Shown: positions 31,292 through 54,490 of the stretch, piece by piece
Position numbering within the stretch: the stretch's first letter is position 1
Layout of the letters: the number at the start of each line of letters is the position of its first letter
Origin: the human T2T-CHM13v2.0 reference genome, Homo sapiens
Assembly: GCF_009914755.1 (NCBI RefSeq)
Contig: NC_060925.1
Length of the DNA: 64,000 bases
Strand: one strand, 5' to 3'
Made by a program: the position numbers and the translations under genes
The notes under the pieces: generated by a model
What the model saw: the letters and a program-made list of their open reading frames with translations, nothing else
Told to the model about the DNA's origin: nothing
Databases searched by the model: none

Positions 31292-31538
31292 CTATCAGTA
31301 TTAGCCTGCTTGTCTGGAACAACTGCTCATCACCCCATTCAGGATGCTCCTGTTTAAGCACATCGCATACTCTGTTGTGTTCCCGCAGCCAGATTGTGGC
31401 ATACATCATCAGACCAGGCACCAGACCAAAGACCTCCTGCCCCACAGCAAACCGTAGATGCTCAGGGACTTGAGGAGGGTAGATCATCTCTGCCTGAGTA
31501 TCTTTGACTGTGGGAGGATACATCTCTCCATCAATTAT
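31292..31538 (-). CDS. PTGS2: PTGS2 exon 7
   Basis: 247 nt; contains [22 protein letters not shown] peroxidase motif; AG/GT. Confidence 0.99.
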
Positions 31539-31657
31539 CTAAAAAAATAAATAAATAAATAAACATCAGTTAAAAAGTTAAGGAACACATTTTTAGGGAT
31601 TTTAAAATATGGGTATAAGCGGTAATAACTAAGTCTTAATAGTCAAAGGAAGCATAC

Positions 31658-31741
31658 CTGATATTTCATTTTTCCATCCTTGAAAAGGCGCAGTTTACGC
31701 TGTCTAGCCAGAGTTTCACCGTAAATATGATTTAAGTCCAC
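31658..31741 (-). CDS. PTGS2: PTGS2 exon 6
   Basis: 84 nt; [28 protein letters not shown]; TAG acceptor, GTATGC donor. Confidence 0.99.
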
Positions 31742-32473
31742 CTAGAAAATGATGAAAAAATTTTAATTTGTTGCTGTTGAAGTTTTTCTTATATAAAGTG
31801 TCTATCATATAATTCATCATTAAATAATTTGATCATTTAGCTTTCTTTAAAATTTTTAAATAAAATATACATTTTTCATAGCCATGAATTGCTAAATTAA
31901 TTTGTTTATCCACCAAAGCTACAAACTGATATGTCTTTGTGTTTAACGGAATTAATATACTATATTGAGCTTATATCATATATATTATATACTTCACTAT
32001 GATGATATGGTAATTATAAAAAAGTATAAAAATGTATTATTTATAAAAAATTCTTACGAATAACTTGAAGCTATGCTATTGAAATCCAAAAAATAATAAT
32101 GCGGCAAAAACCTCACTTTACAATATTGAAAGCGGCATAATCATGGTACAATGTGTTTTTGAGGACATAACATTTTGCAGTACTAACATTTTAAACTAAA
32201 AAATACAAGGGTCAAATTACAAATAACAATACCTGTACATATGTATGTGTGTGAATGTTTATATATGTGTGTGCATGTCTGTGTGTGTGTATAATTTTAC
32301 TAGACCAGTGAAGTAAATGGAAAATTCCTTTAAGGTTTTTATAGATAAGACTTCTTTTTAAAAAAAGTGGATAAGTTATTTGGATCTATCTATCTGTATA
32401 TCTCCTTTAATGTTAGCCCTTGACTATGATTTGGTATAATTTTACTAACTCTAAGATATTAACTCTATCTTAC

Positions 32474-32655
32474 CCCATGGCCCAGCCCGTTGGTGAAAGC
32501 TGGCCCTCGCTTATGATCTGTCTTGAAAAACTGATGCGTGAAGTGCTGGGCAAAGAATGCAAACATCATGTTTGAGCCCTGGGGATCAGGGATGAACTTT
32601 CTTCTTAGAAGCAATTTTTCCACAATCTCATTTGAATCAGGAAGCTGCTTTTTAC
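32474..32655 (-). CDS. PTGS2: PTGS2 exon 5 (distal heme His in AQHFTHQFF)
   Basis: 182 nt; TTTTCAG acceptor, GTAAGA donor; frame continuous with exons 4 and 6. Confidence 0.99.
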
Positions 32656-33085
32656 CTGAAAAATGAGAAAGCTAAGGTAAGAATCCATCTATGTATTCAA
32701 GAAAGGAGATGGTGACTGTCAATCTACCAAGAATTCTTCATTTATATGAGAATTACAATTGTGAATAGGATCATAATATAAACAACAGTTCTAAGATATG
32801 GTGGAACAACTTCTTACTGAATGATTTTATCTATTTTAATTAGAATTATTTCATTTCTAAAGAAATAATTTGAAAATATTAAGACATTATACCAAGACGC
32901 TCATTTGCTTTTACATAATAGTTTATATAGACTCATACTTTAAAAAATACCCATAGATAACCATGCTAAAAGTAAAAACTGCTTTTGTTAATAAATAAAT
33001 GGTAGTCTAAGGTCAATTTTTTTTTTTGGCAGCAATGCAGCCCGTCTTATAGTTAATACATCTCTAATGGATTCTTCTTACTCAC

Positions 33086-33229
33086 CTTTGACACCCAAGG
33101 GAGTCGGGCAATCATCAGGCACAGGAGGAAGGGCTCTAGTATAATAGGAGAGGTTAGAGAAGGCTTCCCAGCTTTTGTAGCCATAGTCAGCATTGTAAGT
33201 TGGTGGACTGTCAATCAAATGTGATCTGG
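33086..33229 (-). CDS. PTGS2: PTGS2 exon 4
   Basis: 144 nt, AG/GT; [47 protein letters not shown]. Confidence 0.99.
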
Positions 33230-33882
33230 CTGAAATTTTCAAAGAAAAAAATGTTTTATTTATTCTCATTTGTTAAGTAAATCAACCATTATTTTTATTG
33301 TAAAATGTGGAAAGTGGCACCTGAGGTTGAATGTAACTCCAAAATAAAAAAAATCTATTTTTAAACAACTACACTTTATAGTCTAATGGCCACTTGAAAT
33401 ACATCTTTAATAAAATACATATACTCTGCACATTATAATCTGGCAATATTGATTTTTCAGGTAGCCATCTGCTCACTATCCAAGAGGCCTATGAAAGGAA
33501 TGGCTGAGTATGGCACCCACTTTAGAATCATGGAAAGTTATTTTCTTGCTGATCCAAATCCAAATTTATTTTAATGGGTGCTACATGTTCAGAACAATTC
33601 TGTGGCCCATGGGCATTCAATAAACAGCTGGACCATGCTACCTCCACAAACTGACCAAACAGTAAAGGTTAGAAGAGGTATACAGAGTTGTGAGCAGACT
33701 GTATAAACTGGATGGGACTAAATGTCAATATTTTTGGCGATTAAGATGGAAGGCAAACTTAAAAGCTATCTTAAAGTCTTTTTGATAAGCTTGGAAATAT
33801 GTTTTTAGATTAGGCTTACAGTATTATAAAGCATATTTTTCTTTGAGAAGGCTAAAAACCTTAGAAAGACACTTGTACTTAC

Positions 33883-34026
33883 ATGTCAAGACATAACTCA
33901 TAATTGCATTTCGAAGGAAGGGAATGTTATTCACAACGTTCCAAAATCCCTTGAAGTGGGTAAGTATGTAGTGCACTGTGTTTGGAGTGGGTTTCAGAAA
34001 TAATTTTATTCTTGTCAAAAATTCCG
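33883..34026 (-). CDS. PTGS2: PTGS2 exon 3 (membrane-binding helices)
   Basis: 144 nt, AG/GT; ORF track shows [44 protein letters not shown]. Confidence 0.99.
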
Positions 34027-34146
34027 CTGCAAGAAGACGAAGAAAGGGAGGGAGAAATTAATGGGACTCATTATAAGACACAAATCTATACAATGATAAC
34101 TGTATCCAGCCCCACTCCTAATGAGGCAACCAAAGGACAAACTTAC

Positions 34147-34263
34147 GTGTTGAGCAGTTTTCTCCATAGAATCCTGTCCGGGTACAATCGCACTTATACT
34201 GGTCAAATCCCACACTCATACATACACCTCGGTTTTGACATGGGTGGGAACAGCAAGGATTTG
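34147..34263 (-). CDS. PTGS2: PTGS2 exon 2 (EGF-like domain)
   Basis: TTGCAG acceptor, GTAAGT donor, 117 nt; encodes [38 protein letters not shown]. Confidence 0.99.
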
Positions 34264-35063
34264 CTGCAATTAAAGGACAGCAAATAAATCATTCTCTAGT
34301 GTCTTAATCTTAATTTAAACATTTAATTGTTTGACTATGAATCAACTTTACAATAATAAATTCAAGAAATATATAGGTAGTCATGGAAATACAATTTTTT
34401 AACCTGCCTTAGAATGGATAAAACGTAGAAATACCAATTTTCTATTCTAAATAAGGATAACAGCATATTCAACTTGGTACATCATGTTACTAAGCTTTTC
34501 TTAGTTAACTCTTTAGATGTTAAAATTAGCATTTTTAAGAAGTTCAAATAAGTAGCACTTCACTTTCCAAATTAAAATGGATCTAGTACACTAATCAACA
34601 TTTAGGGAAAAATTCAAAGTAAAACAGCTTACTTTTAAGACATTTTGCTTATCTTAAAACATAATCCGGGCTTTCCTGGGAGCAGGAAAGAACTGACTAG
34701 AATATTTAAAACAACTTCTTCCACTCAATAAAAAGGTTCCAAATATAAACAATTCACATATATTGATCAGATCCTGTCTTATCATAATGACAACCTGCAA
34801 ATTAGTATCATCTATCCCTATTTAGGAGGTGAGAGTGTCTCAGATCGGTTAAGTAACTGGCTCATAATGATCAGTGCTTGTGGGAAAGCTGGAATATCCA
34901 CGGAGTTCTTTCGGACTCTAGCGGTCCAAGCTCTTTCCCAAGTCACGTAGCTTCTCTATTCGGAGAGAAGTCGGAGTACTGGGATAGACCCAGGAGGTCA
35001 GAGCGGAAACTCTGCCCGGGTGCGTGGAACCGGAGTCCCCGGTGCGCGGCGCCAGGTACTCAC

Positions 35064-35115
35064 CTGTATGGCTGAGCGCCAGGACCGCGCACAGCAGCAG
35101 GGCGCGGGCGAGCAT
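35064..35115 (-). CDS. PTGS2: PTGS2 exon 1 coding part (signal peptide MLARALLLCAVLALSHT)
   Basis: ATG at 35115-35113; donor CAG|GTGAGT; 52 coding nt; recognised COX-2 N-terminus. Confidence 0.99.
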
Positions 35116-35249
35116 CGCAGCGGCGGGCAGGGCGCGGCGCGGGGGTAGGCTTTGCTGTCTGAGGGCGTCTGGCTGTGGAGCTGAAGGAGGCGCTGCTGAG
35201 GAGTTCCTGGACGTGCTCCTGACGCTCACTGCAAGTCGTATGACAATTG
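35116..35249 (-). other. PTGS2: PTGS2 5' UTR (TSS about 35249-35252)
   Basis: CAATTGTCATACGAC starts about 25 nt downstream of the TATA box; +1 at 35249 reproduces the conventional -765 and -1195 promoter numbering. Confidence 0.9.
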
Positions 35250-35273
35250 GTCGCTAACCGAGAGAACCTTCCT

Positions 35274-35280
35274 TTTTATA
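35274..35280 (-). promoter_or_regulatory. TATA box
   Basis: TATAAAA at -31..-25. Confidence 0.95.
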
Positions 35281-35297
35281 AGACTGAAAACCAAGCC

Positions 35298-35308
35298 CAT
35301 GTGACGAA
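35298..35308 (-). promoter_or_regulatory. Overlapping CRE (TTCGTCA) and E-box (CACATG)
   Basis: Minus-strand TTCGTCACATG at -59..-49; established COX-2 element. Confidence 0.92.
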
Positions 35309-35372
35309 ATGACTGTTTCTTTCCGCCTTTTCGTACCCCCCACAAATTTTTCCCTCCTCTCCCCTTAAAAAA

Positions 35373-35381
35373 ATTGCGTAA
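35373..35381 (-). promoter_or_regulatory. C/EBP (NF-IL6) site
   Basis: TTACGCAAT at -132..-124. Confidence 0.92.
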
Positions 35382-35462
35382 GCCCGGTGGGGGCAGGGTT
35401 TTTTACCCACGGAAATGAGAAAATCGGAAACCCAGGAAGCTGCCCCAATTTGGGAGCAGAGG

Positions 35463-35472
35463 GGGTAGTCCC
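35463..35472 (-). promoter_or_regulatory. Proximal NF-kB site
   Basis: GGGACTACCC at -223..-214. Confidence 0.9.
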
Positions 35473-35513
35473 CACTCTCCTGTCTGATCCCTCCCTCTCC
35501 TCCCCGAGTTCCA

Positions 35514-35519
35514 CCGCCC
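35514..35519 (-). promoter_or_regulatory. Sp1 GC box
   Basis: GGGCGG at -270..-265. Confidence 0.75.
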
Positions 35520-35687
35520 CAGGCGCACAGGTTTCCGCCAGATGTCTTTTCTTCTTCGCAGTCTTTGCCCGAGCGCTTCCGAGAGCCAGTTCTGGACTGA
35601 TCGCCTTGGATGGGATACCGGGGGAGGGCAGAAGGACACTTGGCTTCCTCTCCAGGAATCTGAGCGGCCCTGAGGTCCGGGGGCGCA

Positions 35688-35697
35688 GGGAATCCCC
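35688..35697 (-). promoter_or_regulatory. Distal NF-kB site
   Basis: GGGGATTCCC at -448..-439. Confidence 0.9.
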
Positions 35698-35752
35698 TCT
35701 CCCGCCGCCGCCGCCGTGTCTGGTCTGTACGTCTTTAGAGGGTCGAGGAAGT

Positions 35753-35757
35753 CACGT
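35753..35757 (-). promoter_or_regulatory. HIF response element core
   Basis: ACGTG at about -506, the position recalled for the COX-2 HRE. Confidence 0.6.
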
Positions 35758-36322
35758 CGGGACAGACTGGGGCGAGTAAGGTTAAGAAAGGCTGACATGT
35801 TTTATGTTTTAGTGACGACGCTTAATAGGCTGTATATCTGCTCTATATGCAGCACATACATACATAGCTTTTTAAAAAACTCTTATTTTGTGGAATGAAA
35901 TAGCTACCTTCAGTGTACATAGCTGTAATTTATCTTTGTAGCTAAGTTGCTTTCAACAGAAGAAATACTGTTCTCCGTACCTTCACCCCCTCCTTGTTTC
36001 TTGGAAAGAGAGGCGGGAAAGGTAAATTCTCCTCATAATACTGGTCCTAAGCAGTTACCCTGTAAATAGTTAATGTGAGCTCCACGGGTCACCAATATAA
36101 AGTTTCCTGCCTTCTGATGGACAAAGGAAGCGGCGATGGCCAGAATTTGCAGGGACGCTAAATGTCCAAAACGTATGCCTTAAGGCATTTCTCTCCCTGA
36201 TGCGTGGATTATTTTGGTTACTAGCCCTTCATAGGAGATACTGGTAAAATAAATTCGAGTTTTAAAGTTCACTCTTTTGTCTTTTCTGTCCACTTTTCCA
36301 AGATTATGAGTTGTGACCATGG

Positions 36323-36329
36323 ATCAAAG
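36323..36329. promoter_or_regulatory. TCF/LEF binding element
   Basis: ATCAAAG at -1080..-1074; a second CTTTG core at 35934-35938. Confidence 0.65.
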
Positions 36330-36525
36330 TACAACATAGCATTTACTTTTCAGTTGCCTGGGCTTATTGGGGCTAATTTTCTATTCTCGTTTTGGAACAT
36401 AGTTGGATGAGGAATTAATTAGATGGAAGGGAGATTTTGACAGTTGGAATTTCATCTTTGCTTTTGTTTAACATCTATCATGGGTAGTGCTCAGGGAGGA
36501 GCATGTGAGGGTGAGATACTAAAAA

Positions 36526-36579
36526 ATATATATATGTATATGTGTGTGTGTATATATACATATATATATACACACACAC
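36526..36579. repeat. (TA)/(TG)/(CA) compound dinucleotide repeat
   Basis: Uninterrupted alternating purine-pyrimidine run. Confidence 0.93.
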
Positions 36580-38694
36580 CAGAAAAGAAGTGGAAAATAG
36601 AAAATTCAGTTATGTCCTAAGTCCTTAGCATTACAGGAAAATGACAGCATAAAACCTGAAATAAAACTACACCAGGTACCTCAATTTGTAGAAGTCTTAT
36701 AAGAAAAAAATAAATAAGAGACTCACTTGGAGGTTTTTTTTTTAACTGTTTTGCTTAGTGTACACATCTGATTCTTCATGAGACACGGATGACTAAAATT
36801 CCATCTCATCTAGGAAGCCTTTCTCCTCCTCTAGTCATATTTCATCATTCCATTTATGGCACTCCTATTTATTGCATGGAATCTTACATGAAATTTCAAC
36901 TAAGAGCGTGGATCATTTTCTTTTTGATAATTTAATAATTTCAATCTTCTGTTTCATTTTAAAGGAGTAGGTTGCATCTACTGAAATTTGAAGTTTATAG
37001 TTAGAGCTACTAATGTTAGTTTGGGTTAGAAGCCATGTTAGAATCCATACTGTGAGAGAGTACTAAAATTTTACATTACAATCCTGAATTCATTTTGAAG
37101 TGATCATCATCATTGTCTTCCTTATCAGACATTAATTGTTCTGTTGTCTGAAAAGAGATTTGGATACAAAAGTGAGGGAAAAACAGGGCATAAGGAATAA
37201 TTATATTTAGATTATTTTAAACTCAAAGGAATTGAACTCCATCTATCCCATAGTGGAAATTCTGTCACTTATATAGCAGGATAGAGTGAAGAGTTCCATG
37301 TACTTGGAAAGTCAAAAAAAAAAGTTCAAGGAGAATCTGGGACTTTAAGGATGGGCAGAGTTTTAGAAAGAAGTGCAAATCTGAGCATAAGGAAAAAAGT
37401 TACATAATTTATTAAATAACTGACAATTCTGAGACAATAAAATAAAACGGATAGGTACATTTGGGATGCTGGTCATGGGAGTGTATTAAATGTGCCAAAC
37501 TAAATTAAGACCACTAAACCTGTTTTATATGGAAAAGTACTGTGACTATTGTGTACCATAAAAAAAAGGTTTGATCATGTAAAACTTATAGCTCTCATGT
37601 TTGCATATATTCAATGTTTCTGTGTCTATTTTAGGCAAATATATGGATCTGTTGTACAAAATTTCTATTAGCGTCTGAAATTTGTTGGGAAATACTCTAC
37701 ATGAAAAGAAAATAAGGAAGAATCTTAAAAATCTTCCAGAGCTTTCTGTTGAGTTTTACTGCCCCCTTCTGCTGCTTGAAATTTTGTCAACTTTTTTCCT
37801 AAGATGCTAGGAAGATTGCCAGACAGATTTTGTGTTTAATTTTATAATGTTCTAAACATTCACATGTTGCACTGTTCATTTCAGATTTGTTTCATGAATA
37901 TGTTGAAAAGAAATGAAATATTTATTAATTGAAGTGATAAGCCATTCATGTGAGTTAAAAGAAAATGAACAATAAAGACTCTTAATGTCCAAAATTCCAA
38001 ATAAACTAACTTTTTTTTCCCTTCCTTGTACTTTGAGCAGGGTTCTACTACTCATACATACAGATCCATTATCTCAGGCAAGGGTCCTCTTTCTATTTCC
38101 CTCGTTTCTTCTTTGGTGGGTTTAGTGGTTCACTTAGAGAGTGGAGATCACCCCTTGTCTTCTTTCTTTCATGGCATGTTGGCTGAAAAAAGAGCTTTGT
38201 GTCAGGGTTATTCTTAGTATACTTTGGCAAGGTTATGCCATGAAGTTTATCTCTTCCTTGAGTAGCAGAAATGTTACTTACAGAAGATCTTTACGTTAGT
38301 CCTTTAGTAAAGCCTGATTATTTACCCATTCTTAGCTACACAAGAAGTTTTGAGGCTATAAACGAAAGCACATAATTTGTTAAATTAAGAAAAGTCCTTT
38401 CACATAAGTCAATGAAGAAACACTTAAAAAATCTATTTCTAAGTTTTATAAAACACTGATCTCCTTTCTTTTTCTCAAATATCTCAATTCTTTGATGGAT
38501 TTTTCTTTTACTTCATTTTTTTTTGTGATTGTTCATTATAATACTCAGATGAGCCAAAGTAGTTGAATGAGTTGAACACAGTCTTTGTATTGGACCTAGA
38601 AATCTCACAAGGGGACAAGGAAGGGAAAGAGAGTGTGAGGTGGGGGCACTGGAGCAGGCAGGATGTGAACATACCCACGCACAGAATATGAGGC

Positions 38695-46405
<7,711 letters not shown>

Positions 46406-47655
46406 AACTCATTTTGCATATTAATTCTACCTTTTATAGATATTACATTTCATTATTAGTGGTGTGAGAAAACAACATCCACCACACGAGCCACAGGACT
46501 GTTTTGCGGAAGGCGATGCATATTTGTTTGCTGATTCTTGATAATCATTGGGAAAAAGCTTCAAGGTTAAATGCTGTGTAGATTGAATAGTGTCAGATGC
46601 TCATTGAGATACTCATGGAAAGTTTACTTCCTTTCTTAACTAAAACCTCACTCTACCCTAAGGACAAGGATTGCTTTGCAAACATCTGAAAAATGTATTC
46701 CTTCTCTCACCCCCGTCATTTCCAAAGATGGCATTTATGTGAAGCCTCTTTCTTCCTCTCTTGAATCACTACTCTCTTGTTTTAGAGGTTCACATCTTTC
46801 CCAATAGCTTCGACAAGCACTTCAGGGTTTCTTGCTTCCAAAGCTTTACCTCTATCCCTTACTCTTACCTGAAGCTCAAAACCATTTGAGAAATTGTCCC
46901 CTGGATCTTTTCATATTACCGTACTAAAAACTCAACTTATCCTCTTAACAAAAAATGATTTTCCTTTAATATTTTCCATAGGAATGAACAGGTTCACAAT
47001 TCACCAAGATTTATTATTAGTATTCATCAACATCTAATGTGCTACATATTTTACTTTCATATTTTGTTTACTACCTGTCTTCCCCTTCCAAATATGTAAA
47101 TTCCATGAAGGTCAAATTTTTGTCTGCTTTGTTTACTGTTATATTCCAAGCACCTAGAAAAATGACTAGCATATACTAGTACTCAATACTTATTGAATAA
47201 ATGGCTGAATCTATCTTCTTTGAAATCAACTTCAAAAATTAGATGACCTTCATTTTATCATGTAGCTATTTCCTAAAAATATAATTTTAAAATCAAAGTC
47301 ATCAGCATTTTTGAAGCCCTTAATTTTTTTTTCAAATGTAAAGGAGTAAGACTAAAAAAGCTCTTTTTAAAATGCAATTGTTGTTGCAGACACTGCGGGA
47401 GTCATCTCGGTGTGATGACTGGAGCTGTTGCAGCCATTTTGCACCTGAAGAACAAGTCTTATATCCATGATATAAGAAAAAAATGCTAAAAAGAACCCTA
47501 GTTTTTGATGGTATTATTGAGAAGGAGTCCTGATCAATTTCCCATAGACCTTGCCCAACCTATACATTTATTGTTTAATAAGTCCCAACAGCTACACATA
47601 AGCAGTTGGGCTGAATATATGTCAATTTTAAGGTCTCCTAGTTTTTAAACATGTA

Positions 47656-50974
<3,319 letters not shown>

Positions 50975-51174
50975 GATTATTAAAAGTTGATATTATCCAT
51001 CATATTTCATCTGTCAAATCTAACAGCTTCCCATTGCTCTTGAAATAAAATTTAAACGCTTTTCTGTGGCCTACAAGGCCATACCTACCTCTAACTTTTC
51101 CTCACACAATTGTCTTCCTCCTTTACTATGGTCTAGTCATACGGGGCTTTTTATGTTTCTTAATCTCTCTCTCT

Positions 51175-51209
<35 letters not shown>

Positions 51210-51740
51210 CTAAAAGCACTTCCACTTGCTGTTATCTCCAACCAGAGTGGTTTTCCTCTGGATGGTTGAAGTTGTCTTATTCTCAGATATCAGTTCAAAT
51301 ATCATATCTCCCAGGTGCTTTCTTCATTACATATTCTTGTTTAGTTTTTTCATTTTACTTTTTAAAATCTAATTTAAAAAATGGACTGACTTACTTGTTT
51401 ATTGCTCCCTCTTTCAAATGTACTGATCATGAATGTATGATCCTGTCTCTCCAGTTCACCTGTGTATCTCTAACACCTAGAACAATACCTACTATGTGTA
51501 CTTAATTCATGGTTTGTGCTCAAAAGTATTTTTTGAACAAACGAATAAGAGTATGTGATGATTAAGACAAAGGTTATCCGAAAAAGATTGATTAGATAAA
51601 ATTTAAAGTATTTCTGTGTTTTTAAAATGCTCATAATAAAAAAATTAAAAGACAAATGATGCTAGGGAAATTCACTTGGCAAATAATAATATTTGCTAAA
51701 TAAAGAACACATCCAAATGAATAAAAAAGGTAAACAAATA

Positions 51741-53456
51741 CAGCTAACCTAGGAGGTGAAACTTCTCTACAATGAGAATTACAAAACACTATTCAAAGAA
51801 ATCAGAGAAGACACAAACAAATAGAAAAACATCCCATGCTCATGGCTAGGAAGAATCAATATAATTAAAATGGCTATACTGCCCAAGGCAATTTACAGAT
51901 TCAATGCTATTCCTATCAAACTACCAATGCCATTCTTTAAAGAACTAGAGAAAACTATTTAAAAATTCATATGGTACCAAAAAAGAGCCTGAATAACCTA
52001 GACAATTCTAAGCAAAAAAGAACAAAGCTGGGGGCATCACATTATCTGACTTCAAATTATATTACAAGACTACAGTAACCAAGCAGCATGGTACTGGTAC
52101 AAAAACAGGCACATAGACCAATGGAACAGAATACAGAGCCCAGAAATAAGGCCACATATCTACAACCATTTGATCTTTGACAAAGCTGACACAGCAATGG
52201 AGAAAAGACTCCCTATTCAATAAACAGTTCTGGGATAACTGGCTAGCCATTTGCAGAAGATTGAAGCTGGACCTCTTCCTTACACCATACACAAAAATCA
52301 ACTCAAAATGGATTAAAAACTTGAATGTAAAACCAAAAACTATAAAAACCCTGGAAGACAACATAGACAATACTATCCTGGACATATGAATGGGCAAATA
52401 TTTCATGACAAAAGCACCAAAAGCAATTGCAACAAATGCAAAAATTTACAAATGGGATCTGATCAAGCTTAAGAACTTCTGCACAGCAAAAGAAACTAAC
52501 AACAGTGGAAACAGACAACCTACAGAATGAGAGAAAATACTTGGAAATTATGCCTCTGACAAAAGTTTAATATTCAGCATCTATAAGGAACTTAAACAAA
52601 TTTACAAGAGAAAAACAAACCCCATTAAAAAGTGGGCAAAGGACATGAGCAGACGCTTCTCAACAGAAGATATACATGCACTCAACAACTTATGAAGAAA
52701 TGATCAACATCACTGATCATTAGAGAAGTGCAAATCAAAATCACAATGAGATTCCATCTCACACCAGTCTGAATGACTGTTATTAAAATGTGAAAAAATA
52801 ACAGATGCTGGTAAAGTTGTGGAGAAAAGGGAACACTTATTCACTGTTTGTTGGAGTATAAAAATTAGTTCAACCATTGTGAAAAGTAGCATGTCAATTC
52901 CTCAAAGAGCTAAAAGCAGAATTACCAATTAGCACAGCAATCTCATTACTGGGTATATATCCAGAGGAAAATAAATCATTCTACCAGAAAGACACATTCA
53001 GGTGAATGTTCATTGCAGCACTATTCACAATAGCAAAGGCATGGAATCAACCTAAATGCCCATCAATGACAGATTGGATAAAGAAAATGTGGTATATATA
53101 CATCATGGAATACCATGCAGCCATAAAAAAGAATGAGACTTTTGCAGGGACATGGATAGCACCAGAGGCTTTTATCCTTGGCAAACTAATGCAGGAACAT
53201 AAAACCAAATACCACATGTACTCACTTAAAAGTGTGAGCTAAATGATAAAAGCTTATGAACACAAAGAAGGAAACAACAGACACTGGGGCCTGCTTGAGG
53301 TGGGAAGAGGGAGAGAAGCAGAAAAGATCACGAATGGGTACTGGGCTTAATACCTGCATGATGAAATAATATGTACAACAAACCCCTATGACACACGTTA
53401 CATATGTAAGAAACCTTCACATATACCCCCAAACCTAAAACAAAAGTTGAAAAAAA
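51741..53456 (+). mobile_element. 5'-truncated L1 (L1PA15/16- or L1PB-like)
   Basis: ORF2 C-terminal peptides ([21 protein letters not shown]; MFIAALFTIAK) and 3' UTR with A tail. Confidence 0.88.
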
Positions 53457-54029
53457 CACACACATGAAAATGACAAGCACATAAATAAACAGGAAAAAGC
53501 CATGATCAACTAATTCAATAAAAACTTGCTTAGTACTCTTATGAAAAAATAGATTGCACTAAGAAGCAAGGAAATACAAATAAAATCAAGTGAACATTAA
53601 GTCTTACAAATTAGTAATGTAATAGTAAAATAAATGCTATATATAGTGTGCATGTATTGCATTATAACTGTATGCCAGGAACTGTTCATCTTTTTACAAC
53701 TTTAAGTACATAAATGTAATGGAGGGAAAATGGTCGCTGTTAGAAATGTTCAAGAAACAGCAAGAAGGCCAGTATGCCTGGTGGAAAGGGAATCAAGGGG
53801 ATGCTGGGAGATGAAGTCTGACACAGTGGTATTTGGCAGTTAGCAGGTTCTTAATATGTTTTTTAGGACCAGCTATCTGTAATTGGTGGGGCTAAAGGCC
53901 AATTTTATTTTCATCTTTTGCTTATTTGTATTTCTATATTTTCCAAATAAATGCTTGTTATTTTTATAATATAAAATAAATATTTTAATAAAAATTTATT
54001 TACAAATGAAATACCATAAAAAATATGAT

Positions 54030-54490
<461 letters not shown>

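Larger units (their letters stand above)
34900..35830. promoter_or_regulatory. CpG island over promoter, exon 1 and start of intron 1
   Basis: Visibly high GC and CpG density compared with the AT-rich flanks; boundaries estimated by eye. Confidence 0.88.
35480..36272 (+). ncRNA. PACERR: PACER lncRNA (p50-associated COX-2 extragenic RNA), divergent from PTGS2
   Basis: Existence and position from established knowledge; + strand AATAAA at 36248-36253 with downstream T-rich tract supports the 3' end; 5' end approximate. Confidence 0.75.

Noticed and set aside
34918-35063. In-frame read-through into intron 1 (COX-3-like retention)
   Set aside because: Stops after about 48 codons in an 800-nt intron, so it cannot give a full-length enzyme
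35387-35798. 130-aa (+) and 131-aa (-) ORFs over the promoter and PACER
   Set aside because: GC-rich CpG island DNA is stop-poor; no recognisable domain; the + ORF starts at a GTG upstream of the likely PACER 5' end
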